From Candidatus Multivoradales bacterium (GTDB lineage Bacteria > Acidobacteriota > Thermoanaerobaculia > Multivoradales > JAHEKO01), in NCBI GenBank assembly GCA_965223855.1, contig CBDCXM010000009.1, positions 928,001-992,000 of the forward strand: a stretch of DNA of 64,000 bases, written 5' to 3'. How positions within the stretch are numbered: position 1 is the stretch's first letter; the number at the start of each line of letters is the position of its first letter. The notes under the pieces are model-generated. The model was not told the DNA's origin. It ran no database searches and saw only the letters and a program-made list of their open reading frames with translations. Positions 1 through 7,846 of this stretch are shown here, one piece after another. Position numbers and translations under genes: made by a program.

Positions 1-759
1 GAGCCACACCGACTCGGAGCCGAGGAAATCTTCGTAGGCGGTGCCGGGGTAGAACTTCCAGCCGTTGGTGTTCCCCGAGCTGTAGAGCTCCATCTGACGA
101 TGGAAGTGGAACGGCAGGTAGACCGCCTCGGGCTCCTCGTACGGGTGGTTGTTGACGTCGTAGTACTTGACGATCGGCCGCCACTCGCCGAGCACGCCGA
201 CGACGCGGAAGTCGCGGTCTTCGATCCGCAGGGTGCGGCCGACGCTGTCGCGGCCGCCGAACAGCCGGTCGTTCGTGTCGCGCGAGAGGACGACCACCTC
301 TTCCGGGCCGCGATCCGCGCTCGCGTCCCAGGGGCCGCCGTATTCGAACGGCACGTTGAACAGGCGGAAGAAGTCACCCGAGGTCAGTCGGGTCATCGCC
401 CGGTAGGGCCGCAGCTCCTCGCTCGCCGGGTGAACCGTCAGCTGGGCCTTGAACATCACCGTCTGGTGGGTCGGGATGTCGCTCTCCATCAGCGCGATGG
501 CGTCGCGGTAGGTCACCTGCTGCGGCGGCTCCTCCGGATGGTCGTCGTCGTAGGGCTCGTTGGGGTCCCAGCTGTCGAGTTGCACGGCGAACAGGCGGTC
601 GCTCTTCGACGGGATCGGATCGGCCGCCATCAGGTAGTAGGCGGTGACGAACGCTGTCGAGACGGCGATGCCCAGGGCGATGCCGGCGATCAGTACGGTC
701 GACAGCACCGGGTTGCGTCGCAGGCTCTTCCACGCGATGCGGATCTGGTAGGCGAGCAT
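1..759 (-). CDS. ABC transporter permease (MacB/FtsX-like), runs off window start
   Basis: ATG at 759 after GAGGAGG; MLAYQIRIAWKSLRRNPVLSTVLIAGIALGIAVST... is a typical permease N-terminus; follows the ABC ATPase. Confidence 0.85.
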   Translation of the reverse strand, partial: MLAYQIRIAWKSLRRNPVLSTVLIAGIALGIAVSTAFVTAYYLMAADPIPSKSDRLFAVQLDSWDPNEPYDDDHPEEPPQQVTYRDAIALMESDIPTHQTVMFKAQLTVHPASEELRPYRAMTRLTSGDFFRLFNVPFEYGGPWDASADRGPEEVVVLSRDTNDRLFGGRDSVGRTLRIEDRDFRVVGVLGEWRPIVKYYDVNNHPYEEPEAVYLPFHFHRQMELYSSGNTNGWKFYPGTAYEDFLGSESVWL

Positions 760-769
760 CCGTTCCTCC

Positions 770-1504
770 TCAGGCCTCGGCCGGCGCCGTCGGCTCGGTG
801 TGCTTCGGGGCGTAGAGCGGCGCCGCCGCCTCCTGGCCGTCGATGTCGATCATCCGGCCGTCGAGCAGATAGATCTGTCGCGACGCCCGGGCGGCGAGTT
901 CCGGGTCGTGGGTCACGACCACCACGGTCGTTCCCATCTCGTTGATCTTCTCGAGTAGATCCATGATCTCGTTCGCCATCGCCGAGTCGAGGTTGCCGGT
1001 CGGCTCGTCGGCGAGGATCAGAGAGGGTGTTCCGACCAGGGCGCGGGCGACGGCGACTCGCTGCTGCTGGCCGCCCGAGAGCTGCGCCGGGTAGTGGCGC
1101 AGCCGGGAGCTCAGGCCGACGATCTCCAGCGCCTCTTCGATGGCCCCGCGTCGCGCCGCACCGCCCATGCCGCGATAGCGCAGCGGCACGTCGACGTTGT
1201 CGAACACGTTGAGATCCGGGATCAGGTTGAACCCCTGAAAGATGAAGCCGATCCGCTCGTTGCGGATGCGCGACATCTCGGAATCGGAGAGGCGCGAGAC
1301 GTCCTCGTCACCGAGACGGTAGGTTCCCGAGTCGAAGGAGTCGAGGAGGCCGGTGACGTTGAGGAAGGTCGTCTTCCCCGAGCCGGACGGGCCCATCACC
1401 GACAGGAACTCGCCGGTGGCGACGTGAAGAGAGAAGCCGCTCAGGGCGTGGGTCTCCACGTGCTCGGTGCGGTAGACCTTGCTGATGTTGTCCATCTGGA
1501 TCAT
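770..1504 (-). CDS. ABC transporter ATP-binding protein (LolD/MacB-like)
   Basis: [11 protein letters not shown] start; Walker [17 protein letters not shown] signature, [11 protein letters not shown] Walker B. Confidence 0.95.
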   Translation of the reverse strand: MIQMDNISKVYRTEHVETHALSGFSLHVATGEFLSVMGPSGSGKTTFLNVTGLLDSFDSGTYRLGDEDVSRLSDSEMSRIRNERIGFIFQGFNLIPDLNVFDNVDVPLRYRGMGGAARRGAIEEALEIVGLSSRLRHYPAQLSGGQQQRVAVARALVGTPSLILADEPTGNLDSAMANEIMDLLEKINEMGTTVVVVTHDPELAARASRQIYLLDGRMIDIDGQEAAAPLYAPKHTEPTAPAEA

Positions 1505-1544
1505 GCTGTGACTCCCGTTGGCATCGTGTCTTTTGGGGACGTTC

Positions 1545-2834
1545 TCAGTCGGTGACGAGGACGCGCTCGGCGCCGTCGAAGCGGGTGGTGTCGGAGAGGA
1601 TGATCTGGTCGCCGGGCTCGAGTCCGGCGACGATCTCGACCTCGCCGACCGACAGGCTCCCGACCTCGATCGGGCGCAGGGTCGCGAGACCGTCCTCGAG
1701 GACGTAGGCCTGGCGGCCGCCGCCGCTTTCGAGGAACGGCCCGCGCGGCACCTTGAGGACGTCGGTGCGGCTTTCGAGCAGCAGTCGGGTCGAAACGCGC
1801 TGGTTCTGCTTGAGCGAATCCGGAGACTCGCCGGCGAAGACGACGGTGGTGCGCACCCGGCTCCCCTCGACCTCGGGGGCGATCCCCTTGACGGTGCCGG
1901 GCCAGTCACGGTTGTCGTAGCGGATCACCGCTTCGACCCCCGGGGTGATCTCGTCGGCGTAGATCTCGGGCACCATCACCTCGACCTCGAAGGCCGACAG
2001 GTCGACGACGGTGACGATCGGCTGGCCGCTGGTGACGGTGTCGCGATCGTTGATCGACACGCGCGAGACGAGTCCTTCGACCGGTGAGCGCAGGGTCAGC
2101 TCATCGACCCGCCGCTCGAGGTCGGTGACCAGCAGGCGCTGGCGCTCGACGCGCGAGGCGCGGTCCTGGACCTCGAACTCGAGCGTCTCGCGATCGAAGT
2201 CCGCCTTCTGCCGGGCGAGGTCGAGGCGCAGCGACGTGACCTTGACGTCATCCTGAGCCTCTTCGTACTCGACGGCGTTGAGCAGTCCCTCGGAGCGAAT
2301 GCGCTCGGCGCGGTCGAGGGCGCGCTGGGCCGCCTCGAGCTCGACCTCGAGCACGCCGATGTCCTGCTCCGCCTGTAGAGCGCTCTGGCGGGCCATGATG
2401 CGCTGGCGCTGCCAGTCGGCACGAAGCGACTCGAGGACCGAGCGCTCCTGGGCCAGCAGGCTCTCGACCTCGGGCGACTCGATGCGAGCCAGCACGGTTC
2501 CGGCGCCGACCACGGCGCCCGGCTGAACCTCGACCCGCGCGGTGCCGCGGGCGGGGCTCGTCAGTGTCGGGTTGAACGCGGCCACCACGCTGCCCTGCGC
2601 CGAGACGTCGCGCACCAGGTCGCCGCGAGTCACGGTGCCGATGCGGATGCGCGACATCGGCACCGAGGTCTCGGCCTCGGCCCAGCGCTTGATAGCGGGG
2701 CCGACCGTGAGGAGTGCGAGGACGACAGCGATCGCGATCGCGCCGAGCCACCACAGTCGCCGTGACGACGAAGGGCGCTCGATCGGCCGATCCATGCTGG
2801 CCGAGCCGTGAAGGACGGAACGTTTCTCGCTCAT
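1545..2834 (-). CDS. Efflux periplasmic adaptor (HlyD/MacA membrane fusion protein)
   Basis: N-terminal TM, coiled coil, LRSPVEGLV lipoyl-like motif, [10 protein letters not shown]-terminus; upstream of ABC genes. Confidence 0.9.
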   Translation of the reverse strand: MSEKRSVLHGSASMDRPIERPSSSRRLWWLGAIAIAVVLALLTVGPAIKRWAEAETSVPMSRIRIGTVTRGDLVRDVSAQGSVVAAFNPTLTSPARGTARVEVQPGAVVGAGTVLARIESPEVESLLAQERSVLESLRADWQRQRIMARQSALQAEQDIGVLEVELEAAQRALDRAERIRSEGLLNAVEYEEAQDDVKVTSLRLDLARQKADFDRETLEFEVQDRASRVERQRLLVTDLERRVDELTLRSPVEGLVSRVSINDRDTVTSGQPIVTVVDLSAFEVEVMVPEIYADEITPGVEAVIRYDNRDWPGTVKGIAPEVEGSRVRTTVVFAGESPDSLKQNQRVSTRLLLESRTDVLKVPRGPFLESGGGRQAYVLEDGLATLRPIEVGSLSVGEVEIVAGLEPGDQIILSDTTRFDGAERVLVTD

Positions 2835-2847
2835 CGGACTCTCTCCT

Positions 2848-2863
2848 TACAAGGCCTGTGCCA
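2848..2863 (-). promoter_or_regulatory. sigma54 -24/-12 promoter
   Basis: Minus strand TGGCAC-AGGCC-TTGTA just before the RBS (AAGGAG) of the adaptor gene; one mismatch to TGGCAC-N5-TTGC. Confidence 0.7.
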
Positions 2864-2941
2864 GCGGCGGCAGGCTTCTCTAAGTGGCTTCCTTCCAGAC
2901 ACTTGGAAGATCTTGCGTGGCGGAGAGGCCGTCTGCGGGTT

Positions 2942-2974
2942 GACACCTGTCCGGCCCGACGCGGACACCTGTCC
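2942..2974. promoter_or_regulatory. Putative enhancer-binding-protein (NtrC-family) site
   Basis: GACACCTGTCCG twice, 22 bp apart, forming the palindrome TGTCCG-N8-CGGACA, ~80-110 bp upstream of the sigma54 promoter. Confidence 0.55.
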
Positions 2975-3082
2975 GCCCTCCGGTGCCCGTCGGTCGCCGG
3001 CACTCGCGCCCATCGACTCACGTAGCTTCGCCGGCGGGATCGCCCCCTGAGCGGCTTGAGAGGTTCAGGCTAGACTGACTTC

Positions 3083-4423
3083 ATGGAGACGTTCGCCGTC
3101 GGCGACCTGGTGCATCTGCCGGCGCGCGCGGCCGTGCGGCGCTACTTCGCCGGGCTCAACGAGACCGTGTTGAGGCGGCTGCTGGTGGTCGCGGTGCCGA
3201 TGAGCCTCCTGACTCCGCTCGTGCGTTGGGTGGGCTCCGATCGCATCGGCGCGGCGCTGTGGCTGCCGGCGGCGCTCCTCTCGCTCACGCTGGCGGCGAT
3301 GGGACGCAACGACTGGTTCCGTCGCCGTCGTGCCATCTGGACTCCTGCGTTCCTCGTCTGCCTCGTGATCTCTGCGGCGATCGGCTTCCCCGAGGAGGTC
3401 GCCTCGACGGTGATCGCCGGCTTCGTGATCCCGGCCGTCCTGCCGCTGTTCCGTCTCTCTGCGCGCTCGCTGACGCTGGTGGCGGTGGTCAACGCGCTGG
3501 CGACCGGCGCCGCGCTGTGGCGCTCGACCACGGTGGACGTCGGGTCACGGTTGGGGGTCGGGATCGCGGCGCTTGTCTTTCAGCTCGCCGTCGTCGCCTT
3601 CACCTGGAGCCGTACCCGCAAGACCCGCGACGGCTTCCTGGCGCAATGGCGCCTCGAGGTGGCTCGCGAGAAGGACCGCGCCCGCATGCTGACCGAGCTC
3701 GAGGATGCGCGCGAGATCCAGCTCAGCATGCTCCCGCTGGCGCCGCCGGCACTGCCCTGGCTCGACATCTCGAGCGTGTCGCTGCCGGCCTCCGAGGTCG
3801 GAGGCGACTACTTCGACTTCTTTCAACTCCCCGGTTCGCGACTCGCCGTGGTGATCGGCGACGTCGCCGGACACGGCGTGGCGAGCGGGCTGGTGCTGTC
3901 GGGAGTCCGCAGCGGACTTCATCTGCTGGACGACCGCCTGGAGGATCCGGTCGGGGTGCTCGAACGCCTCGACCGGATGCTCCGAGCGACGGTCGGCGGG
4001 CGCATCTTCATGACTTTCCAGATCGCCGTTCTCGACCCGATCGAGAGGAGCGTCCGGGTCGCCAACGCCGGCCATCCGCCGCTGCTCAAAGTTGCCCGCA
4101 ACGGCAGTCTGACGCGCCTCGGCGAGCCGGGCCTGCCGCTGGGCACCCGCCTGTCGGGGGAATACTCGATCGCCGAGGCCCCGCTAGTCGAGGGCGACGT
4201 CCTGGTGCAGATCAGCGACGGCGTCATCGAGGTCCGCAATCATCGCGACGATGTCTTCGGGGACCAGAGGCTCGAGGCCGTGTTGCGCGGTTCGGCCGAG
4301 CTGAGTTCGAGGCGACTGCGCGACAACCTGCTGAGCAACCTGTCGCGCTTCAAGGGCGACGCCGAGCAGGAGGACGACCTCACTGTCGTCCTGACGAGGG
4401 TCGGCGACCTCTCGTCCGGCTAG
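3083..4423 (+). CDS. Membrane-anchored PP2C (SpoIIE/RsbU) protein phosphatase
   Basis: Several TM segments, then ARE/IQ, VGGDYFD, GDVAGHG, NAGHP, SDG and DDLT motifs. Confidence 0.9.
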   Translation: METFAVGDLVHLPARAAVRRYFAGLNETVLRRLLVVAVPMSLLTPLVRWVGSDRIGAALWLPAALLSLTLAAMGRNDWFRRRRAIWTPAFLVCLVISAAIGFPEEVASTVIAGFVIPAVLPLFRLSARSLTLVAVVNALATGAALWRSTTVDVGSRLGVGIAALVFQLAVVAFTWSRTRKTRDGFLAQWRLEVAREKDRARMLTELEDAREIQLSMLPLAPPALPWLDISSVSLPASEVGGDYFDFFQLPGSRLAVVIGDVAGHGVASGLVLSGVRSGLHLLDDRLEDPVGVLERLDRMLRATVGGRIFMTFQIAVLDPIERSVRVANAGHPPLLKVARNGSLTRLGEPGLPLGTRLSGEYSIAEAPLVEGDVLVQISDGVIEVRNHRDDVFGDQRLEAVLRGSAELSSRRLRDNLLSNLSRFKGDAEQEDDLTVVLTRVGDLSSG

Positions 4424-4532
4424 CCGGGACTTCTCACGCCGGCAACCTTGGTCTGCGCTCGCCGTATCCATGAGCGTCGTCGAGGCCCGAGCCCTCGTTC
4501 CCGCAACCTGTGTTCCCTCGACAGGAGGTCGT

Positions 4533-5681
4533 ATGTCCAGACGTCTTCTTCTTCCCTCGGCGGCGCTGGCGCTGATGTTCAGCGCCGCGTTGGCCGCTCA
4601 CGCCCAACGCCTCACTGCACCCCCCGGAGGGGCCAATCAGCGCTCGGTGGTCACCCAGTACCTGGGGCTGGTGTCGGTGACGATCGACTACAACAGCCCC
4701 GACGTGACGAGCCCCGCCGGCGACGACCGAACCGGCCAGATCTGGGGGCAGCTCGTTCCCTGGGGGATCGCCCCCAACCCGTTCTTCCCGGGCTTTGGCA
4801 GTGCCGAGACCATGCCGTGGCGGGCAGGGGCCAACGAGGCGACGACGATCACCGTCTCTCACGACGTGGAGGTCGAGGGGCAACCGCTCCCGGCCGGCAA
4901 GTACGCCCTCTTCATGGCTCCCGGCGAAGACGAGTGGGAGGTGATCTTCAATCGCAATCACGCCGCCTGGGGGAGCTTCTTCTACGACCCCGATCTCGAC
5001 GTTGCGAAGGTGAGCGTGAAGCCGGAAACGACCGACTTCTTCCGCGAGTGGCTGACGTTCGAGTTCGACGATCGCCAGCTCGATACGGCGCGGGCGGTGC
5101 TCCACTGGGAGCATCTGAGGGTGCCCTTCCGCATCAGCGTGCCGGATCAGGCATCGCTCTACCACCAGGCGATGTCCGACGAGCTCACCGGCCCGGTCGG
5201 CTTCAACTTCCAGAACTTCATCCAGGCGTCTCAGTGGGCGGTGCAGCATGAGGCGTACCACGACGACGCCATTGGCTGGGCGGATGCGGCGGTGACCGCC
5301 AACACCAATTTCCAGACCCTCTCCAACAAGGCCAACGTCCTCAATGCGGCCGGTCGCAACGAAGAGGCGATGGCGGCGCTCGACCAGGCGATCGACCACC
5401 CGACCGCCACCGCGGTAGCGGTCCACATGGCCGCGCGAGGTCTGCAGGGCCAGGGGCAGATGGACGCCGCCAACCTGATCTTCCGCAAGAACTACGAGAA
5501 GAACCCCGGAGAGTGGCCGGTCGACTTCGGCATGGCGCGGCTCTACTCTCAGGAAGGCGACTTCGACAAGGCGCTCGAGCATGCGCGAATCGCGCTCGGC
5601 CGCGCACCGGAAGGGCCCCAGAAGCAGAATCTCGAGACGCAGATCGAGCGACTGGAGCGGCAGGAGAACATCAACCCCTGA
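4533..5681 (+). CDS. DUF2911-domain protein with C-terminal TPR
   Basis: AGGAGG RBS before ATG 4533; signal peptide; IDYNSP..IWGQLVPW..WRAGANEAT..LPAGKY..WG; helical TPR-like tail. Confidence 0.8.
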   Translation: MSRRLLLPSAALALMFSAALAAHAQRLTAPPGGANQRSVVTQYLGLVSVTIDYNSPDVTSPAGDDRTGQIWGQLVPWGIAPNPFFPGFGSAETMPWRAGANEATTITVSHDVEVEGQPLPAGKYALFMAPGEDEWEVIFNRNHAAWGSFFYDPDLDVAKVSVKPETTDFFREWLTFEFDDRQLDTARAVLHWEHLRVPFRISVPDQASLYHQAMSDELTGPVGFNFQNFIQASQWAVQHEAYHDDAIGWADAAVTANTNFQTLSNKANVLNAAGRNEEAMAALDQAIDHPTATAVAVHMAARGLQGQGQMDAANLIFRKNYEKNPGEWPVDFGMARLYSQEGDFDKALEHARIALGRAPEGPQKQNLETQIERLERQENINP

Positions 5682-5698
5682 CAGAGCAAGATCGCCTC

Positions 5699-5729
5699 GA
5701 AGCCGGTCTCAGGGCCGGCTTCCTTTTTT
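5699..5729 (+). terminator. Rho-independent terminator
   Basis: GAAGCCGG...CCGGCTTC stem followed by CTTTTTT. Confidence 0.8.
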
Positions 5730-5736
5730 GCCTCAG

Positions 5737-5774
5737 TGTACTAGTTGACTAGTTCAATGGTAGAGCCATACAAT
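5737..5774 (+). promoter_or_regulatory. YtrA-type GntR operator overlapping a sigma70 promoter
   Basis: Near-palindrome TGTACTAG-TTGA-CTAGTTCA; TTGACT(5745)-N18-TACAAT(5769). Confidence 0.7.
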
Positions 5775-5780
5775 GCCGCC

Positions 5781-6173
5781 GTGCCGACGAAACGCTTCGA
5801 GATCGACCGCACCAGCGCCGTGCCGGTCTACGTGCAGCTCCAGGAGCAGATCCGACTGCTCGTGCACCGCGGTGTGCTCACCCCCGGCGACGCGATGCCG
5901 ACCGTGCGCGCGCTCGCCGTCGAGCTGGGTATCAACGCCAACACCGTCACCCGGGTCTACCGCGAGTTGCAGCAGCAGGGTTTCCTGCGCCTCGAGCGGG
6001 GGGTCGGTACCTTCGTGGCGGTGCCCCCCCGCGATCCCTCCCTGGGAGAAGACGACTACCGGCGCCTCGAGACGCAGGTGCGGGCGCTCGTGGAAATGGC
6101 TCGTTCGAAGGGCCTCGCCCGGCGCGAACTGACACAACTGCTCGAAACTCTCTGGAAGGAGACTTCGTCATGA
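5781..6173 (+). CDS. GntR family regulator (YtrA subfamily)
   Basis: PVYVQL...GDAMPTVRALAVELGINANTVTRVYRELQQQG..RGVGTFV with short C-terminal domain; likely GTG start at 5781. Confidence 0.9.
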   Translation: MPTKRFEIDRTSAVPVYVQLQEQIRLLVHRGVLTPGDAMPTVRALAVELGINANTVTRVYRELQQQGFLRLERGVGTFVAVPPRDPSLGEDDYRRLETQVRALVEMARSKGLARRELTQLLETLWKETSS

Positions 6174-7042
6174 AAGGACGCTTCAACCCCGTCGCCATGA
6201 TCGTGCTGCTCGTCTCGGCGGGCCTCGCCGTCGCGTGCGCACTGACCGTCGGACCCTGGCCGGCAGGAGCGATCTTCGTGCTCGGCTTCTATCTCAGTCT
6301 CTCTCCGCGCCTGCTCAAGGAGTGGGAGCGCGGCGTACTGCTGCGACTCGGCCGCTTCCAGCGCGTGCTCGAGCCGGGTATCTCCTGGACCTTCCCCGGC
6401 TTCGACCGCCTGACCGCCGCGGTCGACATGAGGATCCGCTCGACACCGTTCGCCGCCGAGAAGACGCTGACTCGCGACACCGTGCCGGTCAACGTGGATG
6501 CGGTGCTCTTCTGGGTCGTGACCGACGCCAAGCGGGCGATCGTCGAGGTCGAGCACTTCGAGTCGACCGTGAGCTGGGCGGCGCAGACGACGCTGCGCGA
6601 CGTCATCGGCCACACGGAACTCGTACGGATGATCTCCGACCGCGAGGCGATCGACCGCCAGCTCCAGGAGATCATCGATGCCAAGACCTCCGAGTGGGGC
6701 ATTACGGTCCAGTCGGTCGAGATCCGGGACGTCCGCATCCCCGGGGGTCTCGAGGACGCCATGTCGCGCAAGGCGCAGGCCGACCGCGAGCGCGAGGCGC
6801 GCATCATCCTCGCCGAGTCCGAGCGGCAGGTCGCCGGCGAGATGGAGAAGGCCGCGGCGGTCTACGAGCGCGACCCGGTGGCCTTGCGGATCCGCGCCAT
6901 GAACATGACCTACGAGTCGATCAAGGAGCGTGGGGCGCTGATGGTCGTGCCGTCGGACATGGTCGGCTCGATGAACGGCGTGCTGGGGATGGCGACCGCC
7001 GCGTTCGAGGCGCCGGCGGTCTCCGCCGACGGCTCCGACTGA
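6170..7042 (+). CDS. SPFH/band 7 (slipin/stomatin-like) protein
   Basis: ERGVLLRLGRF, LTRDTVPVNVDAVLFW, AQTTLRDVIG, WGITVQSVEIRDV, AQADREREARII. Confidence 0.92.
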   Translation: MKGRFNPVAMIVLLVSAGLAVACALTVGPWPAGAIFVLGFYLSLSPRLLKEWERGVLLRLGRFQRVLEPGISWTFPGFDRLTAAVDMRIRSTPFAAEKTLTRDTVPVNVDAVLFWVVTDAKRAIVEVEHFESTVSWAAQTTLRDVIGHTELVRMISDREAIDRQLQEIIDAKTSEWGITVQSVEIRDVRIPGGLEDAMSRKAQADREREARIILAESERQVAGEMEKAAAVYERDPVALRIRAMNMTYESIKERGALMVVPSDMVGSMNGVLGMATAAFEAPAVSADGSD

Positions 7043-7051
7043 GTCGGGAAG

Positions 7052-7630
7052 ATGCTCGCCGTCCGACAGAGTCGATTGCACGACGTGGCGCTCGCCATCG
7101 GCGGGCTGCGCACTCCGGGCCTTTCGCTCTTCCCGTTCTTCGACGATGGCGGAAGCGTGCAGGCGGCGATGGTGACGAGTGACGCCGACGGCCGCATCGT
7201 GCTCCTCGACCGCAGCCGGCTGAGTCGTGCCGTCGGCTCCCGGCGGGCGTGGAGTGTGGCGCAAGGCCTGCTGCTCGACCCCTCTCATTGGGCGGATCTT
7301 TCCACCCTCGATGCCGTCGACGTCGAGGAGCTGTGGCACTTCGACCCGTGGTGGGAGCTGGCCGAGGCGCGCTACGACGGTCATCCGGCCGTGCCGGCGA
7401 TCAAGCAGACGAATCTTCCCGCCTACGATGGGGAGCTCTCGGAGGTGTGGTTCGACCGCACGCTTTCGCGGGTCGTCTGGTTCGTCTGGGGCGAGGGCGA
7501 GGAGGCACGGCAGCGCCCGTTTCGCCCCAGGCTGCTGGCTGCTGCGCGGGAGGCGAGACGTCGCGAGTCGGCCCCCCCGAGCAGGGTGGCACCGAGCCGT
7601 GAAGGATGGCGGCTGCGCCCCTATTGGTAG
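7052..7630 (+). CDS. Hypothetical protein
   Basis: Starts 10 bp after the SPFH stop; globular, Trp-rich composition. Confidence 0.6.
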   Translation: MLAVRQSRLHDVALAIGGLRTPGLSLFPFFDDGGSVQAAMVTSDADGRIVLLDRSRLSRAVGSRRAWSVAQGLLLDPSHWADLSTLDAVDVEELWHFDPWWELAEARYDGHPAVPAIKQTNLPAYDGELSEVWFDRTLSRVVWFVWGEGEEARQRPFRPRLLAAAREARRRESAPPSRVAPSREGWRLRPYW

Positions 7631-7701
7631 CACTCTGCGAGCGGCCACGAGGCAGCCCGAGCCTCTCGCCGGCACGCCCCGCGGCGCCTGTGTGGTCCGC
7701 C

Positions 7702-7744
7702 AAAAAAAACGTTCGGCCTCGTCAGGGAGTCGACGAGGCCGAAC
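7702..7744 (-). terminator. Rho-independent terminator
   Basis: 13-bp perfect stem GTTCGGCCTCGTC/GACGAGGCCGAAC; on the minus strand followed by a T8 run. Confidence 0.85.
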
Positions 7745-7780
7745 AGGGGATGGCTCCGGGCGACGGAGCCTCGAAGGGTC
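7702..7780 (-). ncRNA. Candidate small RNA (~80 nt)
   Basis: Own class II CRP/FNR-type promoter, internal hairpin GGCTCCG/CGGAGCC, C-rich linker and loop, terminator. Confidence 0.45.
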
Positions 7781-7785
7781 TGCGT

Positions 7786-7829
7786 AGTATCGCAAGAACG
7801 CGATAGGTCCCGATGTGACCGACTTCACA
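7786..7829 (-). promoter_or_regulatory. CRP/FNR-family box plus extended -10
   Basis: Perfect TGTGA-N6-TCACA at 7814-7829; minus-strand TGcGATACT with hexamer at 7791-7786, putting the box centre near -41.5. Confidence 0.6.
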
Positions 7830-7846
7830 GGCTGCGGAGCCGTCCG

